Assembly (NCBI GenBank): GCA_964036045.1 | Contig: OZ038378.1 | Location: forward strand, 183,892,001-183,956,000 | Origin: Eutreptiella sp. 'Long Island Sound 2002' | Taxonomy: Eukaryota; Protista; Euglenida | DNA length: 64,000 bases | Direction of reading: 5' to 3' | Shown here: piece after piece, positions 1 to 12,970 of the stretch | Layout of the letters: each line of letters opens with the position of its first letter | Position numbering within the stretch: position 1 is the first letter of the stretch | Notes under the pieces: generated by a model | What the model was told of the DNA's origin: nothing | The model's database searches: none | What the model saw: the letters and a program-made list of their open reading frames with translations, nothing else | Program-made: the position numbers and the translations under genes

Positions 1-274
1 CGCCACACCACACCACACCACACCACACCACACCACACCACACCACACCACACCACACCACACCACACCACACCACACCACACCACACCATACCACACGA
101 CACGACACCACACGACACCACACGACACGACACGACACGACACGACACGACACGACACGACACGACACGACACGACACGACACGACACGACACCACACCA
201 CACCACACCACACCACACCACACCACACCACACCACACCACACCACACCGCACCACACCACACCACACCACACC
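1..274. repeat. Compound pentamer microsatellite (CCACA)n/(CGACA)n
   Basis: Direct reading. Confidence 0.98.
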
Positions 275-314
275 ATGTCCTGCATCCAAGCTGTGCTGTT
301 GTTGCCCGGGATAC

Positions 315-522
315 CTTCTCACAGGAGTCACAGGGCTTGAAGGTGCGTCCTCCGCTTTGGAATCATCCGAGACACACGATGCAGTTCGGCTTGACAGTGC
401 ATCTTCTGCCTTAAAATCATCAAAGGCACGCAAAACACGTTTGTTTGACGATGTGCCCTCCACTTTGACTTTCTTACGGGCGGGTTCGCCGTCTTCAGGC
501 TTCATGGCGCGCCGCTTGGCTC
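315..522 (-). CDS. HA-repeat gene exon (GAKRRAMKPEDGEPARKKVKVE...SPVTPVRR)
   Basis: Acceptor aacag|GA at 523, donor AG|gtatcc at 314, open frame, basic NLS-like motif; phase matches the upstream exon. Confidence 0.7.
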
Positions 523-3500
523 CTGTTCGCGGGATGGGAGGAAACAATGGACTCTGCCAATGCACTGTGGTGACTTACCAGGAGGGGCTTTAATTTAAGA
601 GGTTTTTTTTTCGGATGACCAAAATTAAAGGGGTAAAAATTTGGTATTGCTCCTTAGAAATGAAGGAAAAATTTGGTATGCGGCCCCTTGCTGCTACTTC
701 CTAGTGGATGTTCATTGTGGATTCCGGCTGGGCTCTGGATGGTTGCTGTTATTTCCTGGTGGGCTCTGGATGGTTACTGATATTTCCTGGTAGGCTCTGG
801 ATGGTTGCTGTTATTTCCTGGTGGGCTCTGGATGGTTGCTGGTAATTCCTGTGTGGATGGCACGAAGACTGCACGACACAGAAATGCTCAATGGTATGGA
901 ATCACCACAGGGTTGCTCAATATGGCACAAAGAATCCTTAAAATTGAAGGAAATATTTGGTACGAGGGAGGCCTTCGAAATTTGTCCAAACAACTTTTCC
1001 CCGCGCCCAAATTTTGCCCCTCCTGGTAGCCCACGAGAACACGGGCAGACGTTTGTGTGATGCATGGTGGGGTGGGGTGGGGTGGGGTGGGGTGGGGTGG
1101 GGTGGCGTGGGGTGTGGTGCGGTGTGGTGTGTGGTGCAGCCCGAGCAGTCTCAAGCGCCTCCTGGTGCAACAACGCCTGGATCACAGTGACACCACATCA
1201 CACGCCCACACCGCCGCATTGCCATGCGGTGTGCCTTGCTCTTGGTTCCGGCTCCATTGCAGTCTGGGCTCACTCTGAAGTGAGTGCACATTGGCAACCC
1301 CCTGCAGCAGCCCATCGCCAAGTGCTGGCGTGGGTGGGCATGTGGTCCGGTACTGGGGACTGAGTCATTCCCGGGACCGATCCCCCCAACCCCCTGCTCC
1401 CTCCGCTCCGAAGCGGCAGCCCCCCGCAAAGAGGCACCACGTGGTACCTCTTCGCAGAGGGCTGGGCGCATCCAGGAGGAGGACTTGCTTGGCACCTCCG
1501 TGTCGAGGCCCTGGCAGGGAAATATTTGAAGGGGGGACAAGGGGGGGGGGGGGGAGGGTCCGGGGCCCAAAAGATAGTGTACCAAAAATGGCCCGACCAG
1601 ATTTTCCCAATGGTACATTTTGTTTTTTCCCACTATGGTCCCTTTGGTCTGGGGTGTGGGTCCAGTGTGGGGGGGTATTCCCCCTTTTCCTGTGGTGTAC
1701 GGCCATTACTAATACTTACTAATCCTTCCCTGGGCCCTGGTGCCTTCTTGTGAATCACTTAGTGCCTCTGTGTGATTTGTGGAAGAATGATGAAGGGGAA
1801 CACACCAGCCTGAGTTTTCGGTGGTACATTCTCGGCAAAAAAGCCCATCTCCTCCAGCTCGGCCTTGTGTTCCCCGTACTGCCCCTTCTTGATGCACTCC
1901 ACGACCCTCCCAAGCTTTAGCCCCCACGCCTCGTACGGCCACTCGGGCTTGTTGTCAGGGACGACATACTTCTGACGCACCGCGAGGTCACCGAAAACTG
2001 ACTTATACGCCAACAAGGCCTGCTTCACAGACTTCCACTTTGTTTCCTCCGTCGTCCGCTTTCTTTCGCTCTTTTCTTGTGCTCCTCCGGGTGGTCTTCC
2101 TCGTTGCCGTCGTCCCTCTGGCTTTGCGGTTTTTGGTCCTGCCTGCATGGCTGAGGTTGCGTGTGTTTCTCCATCTGCCTGCTCCCCTGGACTCGCTGGT
2201 GCTTGGGCTGCTCCCAGGGCAGTCGCCTGGCTCTCGACTTTTGGTGCGACGCGGAGGCCCATTGCCTTCAGCTCCTTCAATTTTGGACCATCGAAATACG
2301 TCGGGTTGAACACCAGGGCACCCACTCTGACACCCCATAAGTCCTTCGGCCACTTGGGCGTAGCGGGAACCACGAAATCCTTGGGCACACGCAGATGCCC
2401 AAACAAGCACTTGTACTTCACCAAGGCACGCTTCACGGCGTCGAAGCTGGCCTGACGCATATGTTTGTTACTTTCGAAAGGAAAACCCATGCCCTGCAGC
2501 TCATCCATGTGCTCGGAGTACGCCCCATTGTGCTTGATATTGCCCGCAATCCTCCCAAGCTTCATCCCCCACACCTCCTCGGGCCAAGCAGGTTCGGCTG
2601 GGATGACAAACTTGAAATGCACCATCAGGTGCCCAAACACCTTCTGATGGGCCAGCAAGGCGCACTTCACACAGTCCCAGCCCCGCCGCACTTTCTCCTT
2701 TCCGTAATCAAATCCCATGCACTCCAGCTCGGCCCTGTGGTCGGAATACGCATCGTTGGTCCGGATGTTGCTGACGATATCCCCCAGCTTCATATCCCAG
2801 GACTCCTTGGGCCAACAGGAATCCTGCGGGACCACGAAGGACCTGCTCACATGAAGGTCTCCAAACATCGACTTGTACGTCAGCAATGCCTGCTTCAAGA
2901 AGTCCCATCTTCCGTATATTCTTCCAATCGTGGGCCTGTAAAGAGACACGCGAAAAGAAAAACAGATTTGCTTTCGTTCACTAGAACAAGACTAGAACAG
3001 TTTGCCTAGAACATTTCTAGAACCAAAGGGGTCACGGATGCAAACTAGTTAAAAGCCCCAGCACTACACCACACTGCACTGATCATACTGCAGGATGTCA
3101 CGATGCGTCATACCACACCATAGAATACCACAGCACACCACATGGACAGCTAGACACAAATGAATATCTCCATGAACACATGCAACACTTGCTAAGTACC
3201 GCTAACCATGGCAAACCGATGTTTTTGTGTGCCCCCATTGTCACCAAATGATGGCCCAAGCTTGGCCAAAAGCTGCCTGGGGGGAGGTCACCCAAAAATC
3301 GCGCGTTTGCAGCCAACCCATACCGGCCTGAAAACAGTCAAGTCCTCACCGTTGGGCCCCAAAAGATGGCTGATCAAAGGTACCTGAAGATAGGACCCAA
3401 GGCCTAAGCCATGGTCGAGGAAGACAGGGGATGTGATTGTTAATAAATGGCTTCCCATGTATTTACATCTGCTTGCAAGCAGGACGTTCCTTAGTGAAAA

Positions 3501-6500
3501 AAAGGAACTTCAACAGTCCTTTACGGAAGTTCAAAAAATAGATGTACATCATCACATTTGCCGCTCTGAACGAAAATAGCACTCGCTTCGGGCCTTTGAG
3601 AAATAGACATGTATGTATTTTGCATTGGCTACATGCAAAAGCAAACACAAACACAACTTTGTAAAGACTATATGTACACATACATTCTTGAACAAACAAA
3701 TATGTACATGGGTGAGTTCCGTACCACCCCCTCATAGCGGCCTACTGACGTGACGCCGGGTGATGGGCTGCAAACCAATACCCGGTGGCCACCCATAAAC
3801 GGCACCTGGCCTAATCCGAAGGGGGGGGGGGGGCGCACCGTGCAACAGAAGTGGAGAATCCAGGTCAGAAAGTGTAAGTAAAAAAGAGGGCGATGGCTAT
3901 GGTTGAAACACCGGTTGGAGCGGCATGCAACGGCAAAATCCACTTCACAAATGCATGGATTAACAGGGGTAGAGGTAAATGATCAGTCAAAACTCCACAG
4001 CAAAGTCGCCAACGATTGCCCATATTGAAGGCTACGAGCCTGGCCTCTACAATATTTGGAAACTTGCTGCAGAGTAGGTGAATGCAAGGGGCTAGAGGTA
4101 GTTAGGTTAGGGTCATGAAAGCAGGATGGATACATGGCGCTTGGTTGACCTTGAAGTCCTTTTCAATTTGGGTTTTTTTTTCCTCCTTATTGTTCGGCTT
4201 CTTTTTTTCTTTTTTGTGACCCCTGCCGTCTGGGGGTTCCCAACGCTTCAAAGCACGGGACAAAATCAGACTTGGCCCACAAGTGGGCAAATTGGCTACA
4301 TAACCCCTGCCGTTTGGCGGCGGCGGGGGGGGGGGGGGGCAACACTTAAGAGTAGGGGACACAATCAAAATTGGCCCACAAGTGGGCGGATTGGCTACAT
4401 AACCCCTGTCGGGGGTGTCGCCAACGCTTCACCGACCCTTGCACGTAAGGCCTAGTGGTTGATGGTTTGAGCGTACTGGTTCCTAAACAGAAAAAAAAAC
4501 TCCGGTTGTCCTTAAAGAACGTGCTGCTTGCAAGGCGACCCAAGGGGGGCCATGAACTAACGTAGTGTCCAGCTCAGAGGGAGGGCTAGATACCCGGCCG
4601 CAAGTGCACAGGGCTCAGGGCTGGTGTTTCAGGTTTCAAGGTGCGCAGCCCACCCTTTTCTCGGGTGCAGAAAATCCTGGCCATTGCCTTTTGGTCACAG
4701 CACACCACACAAGCCCACCAGGATCACAGAGGGCCCCCCTAAGATCGCGATCGTTTGGCGGACCCATGCTCACCACACACAAATGGGTTTTCAGTTCGCA
4801 GTTTTTCAGAGGTCCCCAACACAAAAAAACTCATTAGGGCGATTTTTGTTGGGCAACATACGGATTTTAGCAAATATTGAACCCAAAATTTACCCCTTCA
4901 GCTACGATGTGAACCGGCGTTAAATGCGGTGTTCTATCATACATACATGTGGGCTCACCTAGTTTTGACAACCTCTGCGAGTCAATTGTATTGGGCAAGC
5001 CCACCTCAAAGAGAATTGCTGCCAATCAGGTACCACAAATTCTCATGTCTTTGGCACCTCAACCTCACAAAGAATTGCATTAACATTGTACCACAAAATA
5101 CCAGCGGCTTGCCTCAATCTACACAAATGGGCTGATGCAGCCCCGAAAAGAGCCCCTTAAGAGGCCCATTGACATTAATAGGTGGGTATATGTGCCGCTA
5201 CACAGTGCTACACAAGGCCAACCAAGACTTGCATACCAGAGTGCAAACCGCCCTAGAACAGCCCTTTTTGAAGCCAATGGACACCACTAGGGGGGCCTAA
5301 TTGGTGCTACATGGCCCTATGGGTTTTTTTGTCCAAAAATCGCAAGTTTTCAGCCCACCAACGCCAGCCTAAAAATGCCTTCAGTCCTCAGCACGATGGC
5401 CCGATTTGCGGGGGCTGATGGGGGGCTACCGAGAGATACGATGGGATAGATTGATCACAGGGATCATAAGGAAGAAAAATGTCGAGTGGGACATAGGTCT
5501 GGACCCACGAATTGTGGCTGCAATGGGCCAACCATTTTTCTTCCAACCCCCCACTCTGCATCCCCGCCCCCCATGGGTTTTCACTTGAGTGGGTCTGGGG
5601 CGTCCCAAGAATTGATTGGGATACTTTTGGGGTTTCGGAATGTTGGAATCAGGAATTCACAAGGGGTCAAACCTGAAGGCATGGCACACGACCACCCCTT
5701 AAAATGGGGGCATATGTTGCTCACAAATGGCTTTTGGTAGTGGCCCCTTCTTGAGGGCAGGGAGAAGCCGCTTGGCTTACGAACATTGCCTCATTATACG
5801 TTTGATGCAAGTGAGCTAATTGGAAACGTGTGAGTCGCTGATGCAGCAGATGCGGCTTGCTGTTCCTCTTCTTCTGTGGATAAACTTTGGGCAGGGTAGT
5901 CTAACGGTGGGGGGTGGGGGGTCACAAAACAGTTGAAATCACGAACAGGAGCTGCGCTGAAATGTCGCTGGCTGCACACACTCCCTTCTGATACAGACCT
6001 GAAAGATTCGTACCGTTGGTGCAACACCACTCCCACCTGTCAAAGGGCGCATAATATGCAGTCATTGCCACATATGGTATTGAGCACTGGCACGTGATGG
6101 GCAGCACGATGCCCCCCTCATTGCAGGGGAAGGGGACTGCGAAACTTGGAAAATGCTTCATACAAGCTCCACATACCTCTTTGGAAATGGACAATAGAAA
6201 CTGAAGCCCATCTCTTGAAGCTCAAGTCTTCTTTCGCAGTACACACCATTGTTGCGGATGCGACAGACTATGTTCCCGAGTTTCATGCCCCAGTACTCTC
6301 GTGGCCACTCAGGGTCGCTGGGTACAGCAAATGTCTCAGGCACATGGCAATCCCCAAAAAATGTCTTGTATTTTGACAAGGCACTTCTCACGACATCCCA
6401 TTCACCACGAACTTGGGGCACATCGAAGCTGAAATCCATCAGCTCCAGCTTCAACTTGTGCTCAGAATACTTCCCCTGCTTCCTGATGCTGGACACAATC

Positions 6501-7436
6501 TTGCCAAGCTCCGCATTATGCACCTAAAAAGCCGGGCAAAGCCTAAGATAAGGGTCTGATGAAATGCCAAGCAGAGCCGATAGTGGGGACTGATACGAAG
6601 AGCAGAGGATTTTGTACAGATCAATATCCTGCAGCCTAGAGCCTACAGCATGATTCTGGGGCACACCCATAGCACTGGCTTGCATGGATGATACAGTTGA
6701 GCCATGCAGATTATTGCACAGGCTTCACCTCTGAGCTCCGTAATTTTTGCATTTATGCTTCGTTCTCAGACAAAGATGGAGATCTCTGGTTGTACTGGAT
6801 TGTATTACATTGCACTGTACTGTACTGTACTGTACTGTACTGTACTGTACTGCACTGTACTGTACTGGTACTGTACTGGTACTGTACTGTACTGTACTGG
6901 ACTGTGTACTGGTATTGGTATTGGGATGGGCAGTACTCCAGGGAGTATGGCAGTCTCATTAGGACTACGCACAAGCGCTGTCAGCCCCTGTGCCTCATGC
7001 TGACCTCCTGAATAAGGTCGCGGATTGCATTCATGCCGCTCGTTTCTCGATGCTTGGTCCCTTGAAGGCACCTGAGACAGTCACATGCACCTGATGATTG
7101 TACTGAGGCAGTCATATGCAGTGGTGTAATCATATTGAGACAGTCATACGCACCGTTATGATTGTACTGAGACAGTGTAGTATGGTGTAGTGTAGTATGA
7201 TGGAGTGTAGTGGAGTGTCGTGGAGTGGAATGAATTGGGTTGGATTGTGTGGAGCAGAGCCTAGAGCATGTGCTTCAGTCGAACAGCAGTGGCCGTCGCA
7301 TACCTCCTTTGGCCAATTGGAATCCTTGGGAACAACGAAATTCGACGACACGAGGAGATGGCCATACAGTGCCTTGTATATCAGCAGACACTGTCTGGCT
7401 TCCGGCCATTCCAGTTGCCCGTCCCCAGCATTGCTT
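315..7436 (-). CDS. Multi-exon gene (partial): tandem helicase-associated (HA)-like repeat protein with AT-hook and NLS. Exons 7436-7304, 6523-6177, 2935-1806, 522-315; continues beyond position 1; 5' exon(s) not located
   Basis: Six copies of the motif W..V..AL..YK..FG.L.V...FVVP....WP.E.WG.KLG..V..IR....Y......L..MGF. GT-AG junctions are phase-consistent (WPKE|VHNAELG phase 0; FPKR|PTIG phase 2; TQAG|AKRR phase 1). RRQRGRPPG is AT-hook-like and PARKKVKVE is NLS-like. Confidence 0.85.
731..853. repeat. 31-bp minisatellite x4 (GGCTCTGGATGGTTGCTGTTATTTCCTGGTG)
   Basis: Direct reading. Confidence 0.9.
1066..1135. repeat. (GGGGT)n / (GTGTG)n microsatellite
   Basis: Direct reading. Confidence 0.95.
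1806..2935 (-). CDS. HA-repeat gene large exon (4 HA-like repeats plus AT-hook linker)
   Basis: Within ORF 1759..2949; acceptor tctctttacag|G; donor G|gtgtgt. Confidence 0.92.
4264..4409. repeat. Pair of ~46-bp direct repeats containing the palindrome GCCCAC-AA-GTGGGC (dispersed repeat fragment)
   Basis: TTGGCCCACAAGTGGGC..ATTGGCTACATAACCCCTG occurs twice; the related motif GGGTTATGTAGCCA is at ~40497. Confidence 0.8.
6177..6523 (-). CDS. HA-repeat gene exon (end of repeat 1 plus repeat 2)
   Basis: ORF 6158..6523; acceptor tttttag|GTG; donor AG|gtatgt. Confidence 0.9.
6812..6925. repeat. (GTACT)n microsatellite
   Basis: Direct reading. Confidence 0.95.
7304..7436 (-). CDS. HA-repeat gene exon (start of repeat 1: EWPEARQCLLIYKALYGHLLVSSNFVVPKDSNWPKE)
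   Basis: Donor GAG|gtatgc at 7303; acceptor ctcag|A at 7437 (acceptor position less certain). Confidence 0.8.
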
Positions 7437-8584
7437 CTGAGGCGGTTACACCTTGCTGCCGTCAGTCGAATCCGAACCGACCCCACTCCAAAGAGTGAGA
7501 TCAAACCACAAGATCACGAGAAATAACAACAGCCATAGCACTTTGGTGACAAAGAGGCTGATGTGTGGTACACCCTGAGTCCCCCCCCCCCCCTCCCCCT
7601 GCAAGCGGCTCAGCAGGACTTTGCCTGAGGCGAACAACAACACCTTCATGTCCAATACTGCACCAGCCCCTGAACAGAAAACATTGGACACAAAACTGCA
7701 CACACCGTGGCATCGCTAAAGAGAGGACATACAGTATTCCACGAAGAGCCACAACAATATGGTTCCTGCGTACCCAATGTCACGAACACCTGCGCTGATG
7801 CGAGACGCATACTGGAAAGTACGAACAGCCCCAAGGAAAGGAAGTGTGGCTAAAGTGCGCCTTTTCCGACGCCTTTGTCGGTTTTGTAGGGGCGGATTAT
7901 TACCACCGCAGCACCCACACGGGAAAACATGTTCGCCGAGCACCTCTTCATTTTGCTGTAACCCGAGTACACAATACTCGGGTTTCATCATTTTCACTTT
8001 TTCAATCAGGTTTTACAACAAAATGAAAGTACACGGGTTACACCAAACACACCTACAGGCAGTGCGCATTGCAATGCCGCGCCTTCCCCGCAGTGACCGG
8101 GGCACAGCCGGGCGGTGCTTGACCATGAAAACGTGACAAGGGGCATCACAGCGTGCTCGCAGTACAGGGCCCAGCCCCATTAGAGGACCAGGCCTCCCAT
8201 TTACAAATCCTGCTGCTTCCTGTACAACTGCAACAGGGGCATCCGCAAGCTGATGAAGGAGGCAACATCGAACGATCACTCCTCCAAAGGACACATCGTG
8301 TTGACAGCCGTCCCCAAGGAGCCCCACTGTCTTTTCGGGCGGTTGGGCGTGTCAGCGAAGTGGGCCACCACCGACCAAGGGTAGGCTCTTTTCAAACCCC
8401 TGGATCTGGGACCATGCGCACAGAACCAGGGGGTTTAAGCAACCTTTGCTCAGCCCGGCCCAGCTCAACCAAACCCCATCCCGACCCTGCCAGGCCCCGT
8501 CTGGCCCAGCCCAGCCCAGTCTTGATGGCAAGGGACGAAGGAATCTCATTTGAGGGGGGAACTGGTCTAGGATGATTCTGCTGG

Positions 8585-8896
8585 CCCCTTCCAAGCCCCT
8601 ACCAAGCCCCTACCAAGCCCCTACCAAGCCCCTTCCAAGCCCCTACCAAGCCCCTTCCAAGCCCCTACCAAGCCCCTACCAAGCCCCTACCAAGCCCCTA
8701 CCAAGCCCCTACCAAGCCCCTACCAAGCCCCTACCAAGCCCCTACCAAGCCCCTACCAAGCCCCTACCAAGCCCCTCCCAAGCCCCTACCAAGCCCCTAC
8801 CAAGCCCCTACCAAGCCCCTACCAAGCCCCTACCAAGCTCCTACCAAGCCCCTACCAAGCCCCTACCAAGCCCCTACCAAGCCCATACCAAGCCCC
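8585..8896. repeat. 11-bp minisatellite (CCAAGCCCCTA)n, ~28 copies
   Basis: Direct reading; generates spurious ORF 8572..8904. Confidence 0.97.
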
Positions 8897-10511
8897 GACC
8901 ATGAACACACCCAAGACAGGCACAAAATGCGGGGCTCAACTGAATGCAGGCCGTACTGTCCGGGCCCTTGCTGGAGCCATGAAAAACAGGCGACTCTGTT
9001 GGGGGGCAAGGGGGCTTGGGAGCCCTTTTTCTAGACCATCCCCTTCAGCTGAAGGCATGCTGGACCCTTTTGTACGAGGCTTCTGCATGCCACACTTTTG
9101 TGGGCCGCTAGCAATTGCCATAAGTCGATCTTGGACGAAACCTTGCATTACTGTGTACGGATGCTCTGATGGGTGTCTGGGACTATGATGCTACATGCCT
9201 TATTCCAGGCCATGTTGGCAATGGAAACCCTCCATGACACCGTTGCCTATAGGCCCTCTCCTCCCACCACAGTAGGTTCACGATTGCCACCTAGAATGTC
9301 GAGGTCGTCTGCATCATTGATCAAGATGATTGATGTCGTTGCTATCCAAGAATACTCGCCATTCGAAAGCAGGCTACCACTGCAGCGAGACTCTCCATTT
9401 CCAGCCTGACCCTAGTGGCTATATGTGATCTGCGACACGATGCTGACCATATTTAGTCAGCGTCAGAAGTCCACGTGCTAGGACCCTTCTATCATTGGCA
9501 TCTGCATCACCCTTCAGTACCTTGGTCAGCGTCTTATGACCATCCCAGTCATTTGTAGCAAGTTATCCACCTCCGACAAGAAGATCATTGAGGATGTGAA
9601 GACATCTCTATTAACATCTCTGTCACAACCATGTGGCCACTGCATCCATGATTCACCCCACCAACAAGTGCCCACACCCCAATTGTCGCGGGAAGCAGAA
9701 GTGCTTGTGATTTTGGAGATCCGGTTGATGCAGAGAGATCACCCGGCAATGGCAAGCAGAGTACGCAGCAGGGGCCAGCAGCCATTTTGGGCTGCACCCT
9801 TGCCACCCCATGAGGAATATGGGGCCGCTGGGCGGAGAGGCATGTCATTACCACACCGTTTCGAGAAAAATCCGAGAAAGCGTGCAAAGAGAGGGAAGGC
9901 AGTGCCCAGGGCATAGTGGCTAAAGAGGTGGGACATCACAAAAATTCACATACTCCAAATGTCGAGAGCATACGGCATTGCACAACATTCCTTTCCCTTT
10001 CTACAAAGAGTGGCTAACCCTCATAATGAAGAAAAGTTAGTGCCTCATTGAACTGACTAATGTTGCCACCTCTCATTGTTATCAATGCCATCTACACCGC
10101 CTACACCAAGGTTGTCCTTGACCGCATCTGCACTTACACTGGTTCCTGCCCAGAACATCACAGAGGCCCAAGTGCTCACCACAACACAACTAGCCACTGC
10201 AAACCCCCTCCCCCCAACCCCTGCGCACCCTTCTGTGGATGGGGGATTGCATTTCTAAAATGTGGTGGTTCAACTCCTAAAATACACAGCAGACACCTAC
10301 ACCAGGTTTGTAATACATCCATTTTAGAAGTTCGTCCCATTACCAATTTTGGTGGTCACCACTGCGCCAGGTCCCTCCAAAGGACAACTCGGGAGGTAGA
10401 GGACAGGGGGGGATATGAGGGTCCCTCCGATGCCCAGCAATGCCATCCTAGGAGCAGGAATGGTTAAGGTTCACTGAACACTCCTCACAGAGGGGGGGAG
10501 GGATTGAGGTC

Positions 10512-10900
10512 CGCAATTTTTCGCAATTTCCGCAATTTCGCAATTCTTTTTTTTTGTTTTTTTTAATTTTGCAGTTTTCCACAATTTTTCCGCAATTGCT
10601 TTCGGCCTGTCCACTTTGCGTGCTTCTTGGTGCCCTTTGCCTCTGCGAACAACTGTTGCTGAACAAAATGCTTCAATGTTTTCCTGCCCTCCAAAAGAGT
10701 GAATTGTGCTTCAATTTTATGGTGACATTGAGGGCCACTTGTTGTCGTAATTCTGATACCTGTGGACGATTCGATCTGTTTCAACATTCTGAGGCTCCTG
10801 TGCAGAATTGTTGCTCCTTGAGGCTTCGGGAGGTTCAGTTTGGTTTGGTTACAACACCGCAATTTTCCCGCATTTTCCCGCCATTTTTCGCAATTGGATT
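10512..10900. repeat. Element bounded by CGCAATTT-rich clusters
   Basis: CGCAATTT(T) clusters at 10512-10600 and 10858-10895 flank a unique ~260-bp core. Confidence 0.55.
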
Positions 10901-12852
10901 GGACCCTCCCTGACCGCAACACCCCCCCCCCCCCTGCACTCCTCACCAGCATTTCCCTGAGGCGGGTCGAGTACACTCATTCTTCTGTGGTTGGCGCATA
11001 GTCCCGCGGGGGAGGGGGGGGATAACTTTCATTTGGCAACCGTCCCCTCCGGAGAGTAGGGGCCTGTCGTGTGCAGGCTGGGGAAGGACAAAGGGAATGC
11101 GGGGGTTACCCACTCCAGGTGTTTTTTGAGGCCCCTCTTCCCAATTGGCCACTGAGTAGCCAAACACTGTGATAAACAGCCCCCTATACCGCTGATCGAT
11201 ATGCCATGAGCTTACAGTGGGCGCAAAGCCAAAAACACTGCTGTCAACAAGGCCCTCTGCCAGAGTGCTGTGGGGTCACAAAAGCCCCTTGGCTGGAGGG
11301 CAACGGGTGCCCTTTGTGCGCAGAGGACCTGTGCACCACAAGTTACACTCTCTGGCCACCGGAAACGGGGCGTTATGTTGTGCACACACACCTTCTGAGT
11401 CCCCGGCCGGCGACAAGGGCAAGAAGCTCATAACACGCCAACACAAATACAGAGCTCGGTACAAGACATGGTCACACGAACATGCGCCACACAGTGAAAA
11501 TGCAACGAAGCTGCCTTTTGAGGACAATGTGACTAGGTAGTACTGAACTGCTTGCACGGCGCACGCGTGGCATGTTCCCCAGTACACGCGCGCACACACG
11601 GAGGGTTTGTCAGAGAACCCAAGAATCAAGCAGTGGAACGCAACCGCGCGCTGGGCAATCGCGTCCTATGGGCCAGACATCAACACAGAATGCGAGACCA
11701 CTGTAGCAAATCGCTAAACGCAAGGAAACAACACTTGGAGTAGGTCAGCAGTTACTTGAGATCAGGGGGCAAATGTTGGTCAGAGCTCTGCATTGGCCCC
11801 TACAATCAACGGCCCCCAGGTGCTCTTCCATGTGAATACCCACTTCTGCAACTGGACGCCCCACAACAGATCTTGCAGGTGCTGTGTCCATTTTGGGCTG
11901 TTGGCAGGCGATGGTGCGCACAAAAAATGAAGATGCCACAGATCCACTTACTGTCATGACCCTCAACACAAATTCCGGCACACTTTCACAAGCTGCCGTA
12001 CCTTTCTTCAGAAAGCCGCTTCTGAAACACTGGCTGTGGGAGGGGGGGGGGGGGGGCAGGGGCTCATTTTGAATGTGTGCCTCCCCGAAAAAAAACTGGA
12101 TAACGTTGATGAGAATCTGGGATTTGTTCCAAACGGGTAAACTTTGAGCATGAAAGCGGACGCCATTCGGGGCCATAGATGCTTTTAACCAAACTGTATG
12201 CGAGTGTTGCAGATGTGGGGCACCGCAGACTGCAGGGGATCGTAGGGCCGGCAGTGGCAGGAGGAGCAGCAGGGCCTCCGTGGGGTCAGATCAGGTCAGG
12301 TGAGGTGAGGCTCAAATGGAGCAGGGTCAAAAAGCAGGGCAGACTTGGGGGTGGTAGGGGTAGAGGCGGTGGCGGAGACCTGCTACGAGGCCCAAACCCC
12401 TCCTGAGGGTGTAGCATGGCGAACTTGGTGCGCGGGGCTTCTCTCTATCCGCAGCGTTGTCCCGGTTGATAAAAGGACCACCTTCACCCCCCCCCTCCCC
12501 CCGAACTCCTCCGCAAAGGTTTCAGACATTCGGTGCTTGACAACAGCGCGTGTTTTGGATTGCGAGCCAGAGACCCAAACTCTGCAAATGCAATGTAACA
12601 GCAAATCTGTTGAGGGGGGTGGGCACGGGGGGAGGGGGGGCGGAGTTGCTCGGTTCAGTTCCGGGCCCCAAGCCCCAGGGCGTGGGCAGGGGGGTCCAGA
12701 GGGGGGGGGTCAATTTTTTTTTGGGGGGGGGGCAGTTTTGAATTCCCTGTTTCATTTGCGGCATTTTGAATACACGCAAATCCGGGGGATACGATCCCCT
12801 TTTACCCTTCCCCACAAATGGGGGGGGGGACATGGGGGGTGGTCTGTTTCCC

Positions 12853-12970
12853 GGTCCACAGAGGTCAAAAAAATTTTCCGGGCGCCGCTGGGCCCCAGTC
12901 GGTGGTTCCTCATTGTTCACCGTCGGTGTGGGTTGGGGGGTCCTGAGGGAGGGGGGGGGGTCCGGTCCGA
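12853..12970 (+). repeat. Dispersed repeat family copy (homologous to 30494-30612)
   Basis: Shared G.TCCAC.GAGG..AAAA.AAA.TT.TCCGGG.GCCGCTGGGGCCC.AGT.GGTGGTT...CATTGTTCAC...GGGGGTCCTGA. Confidence 0.8.

Noticed and set aside
731-853. Short direct-repeat clusters here and at 60590-60675 considered as CRISPR-like arrays
   Set aside because: No unique spacers of regular length, eukaryotic context and no cas genes
8572-8904. Pro-rich repetitive ORF (PSPYQAPTKPL)n
   Set aside because: Translation of an 11-bp minisatellite; the period is not a multiple of 3 and there is no splice or context support
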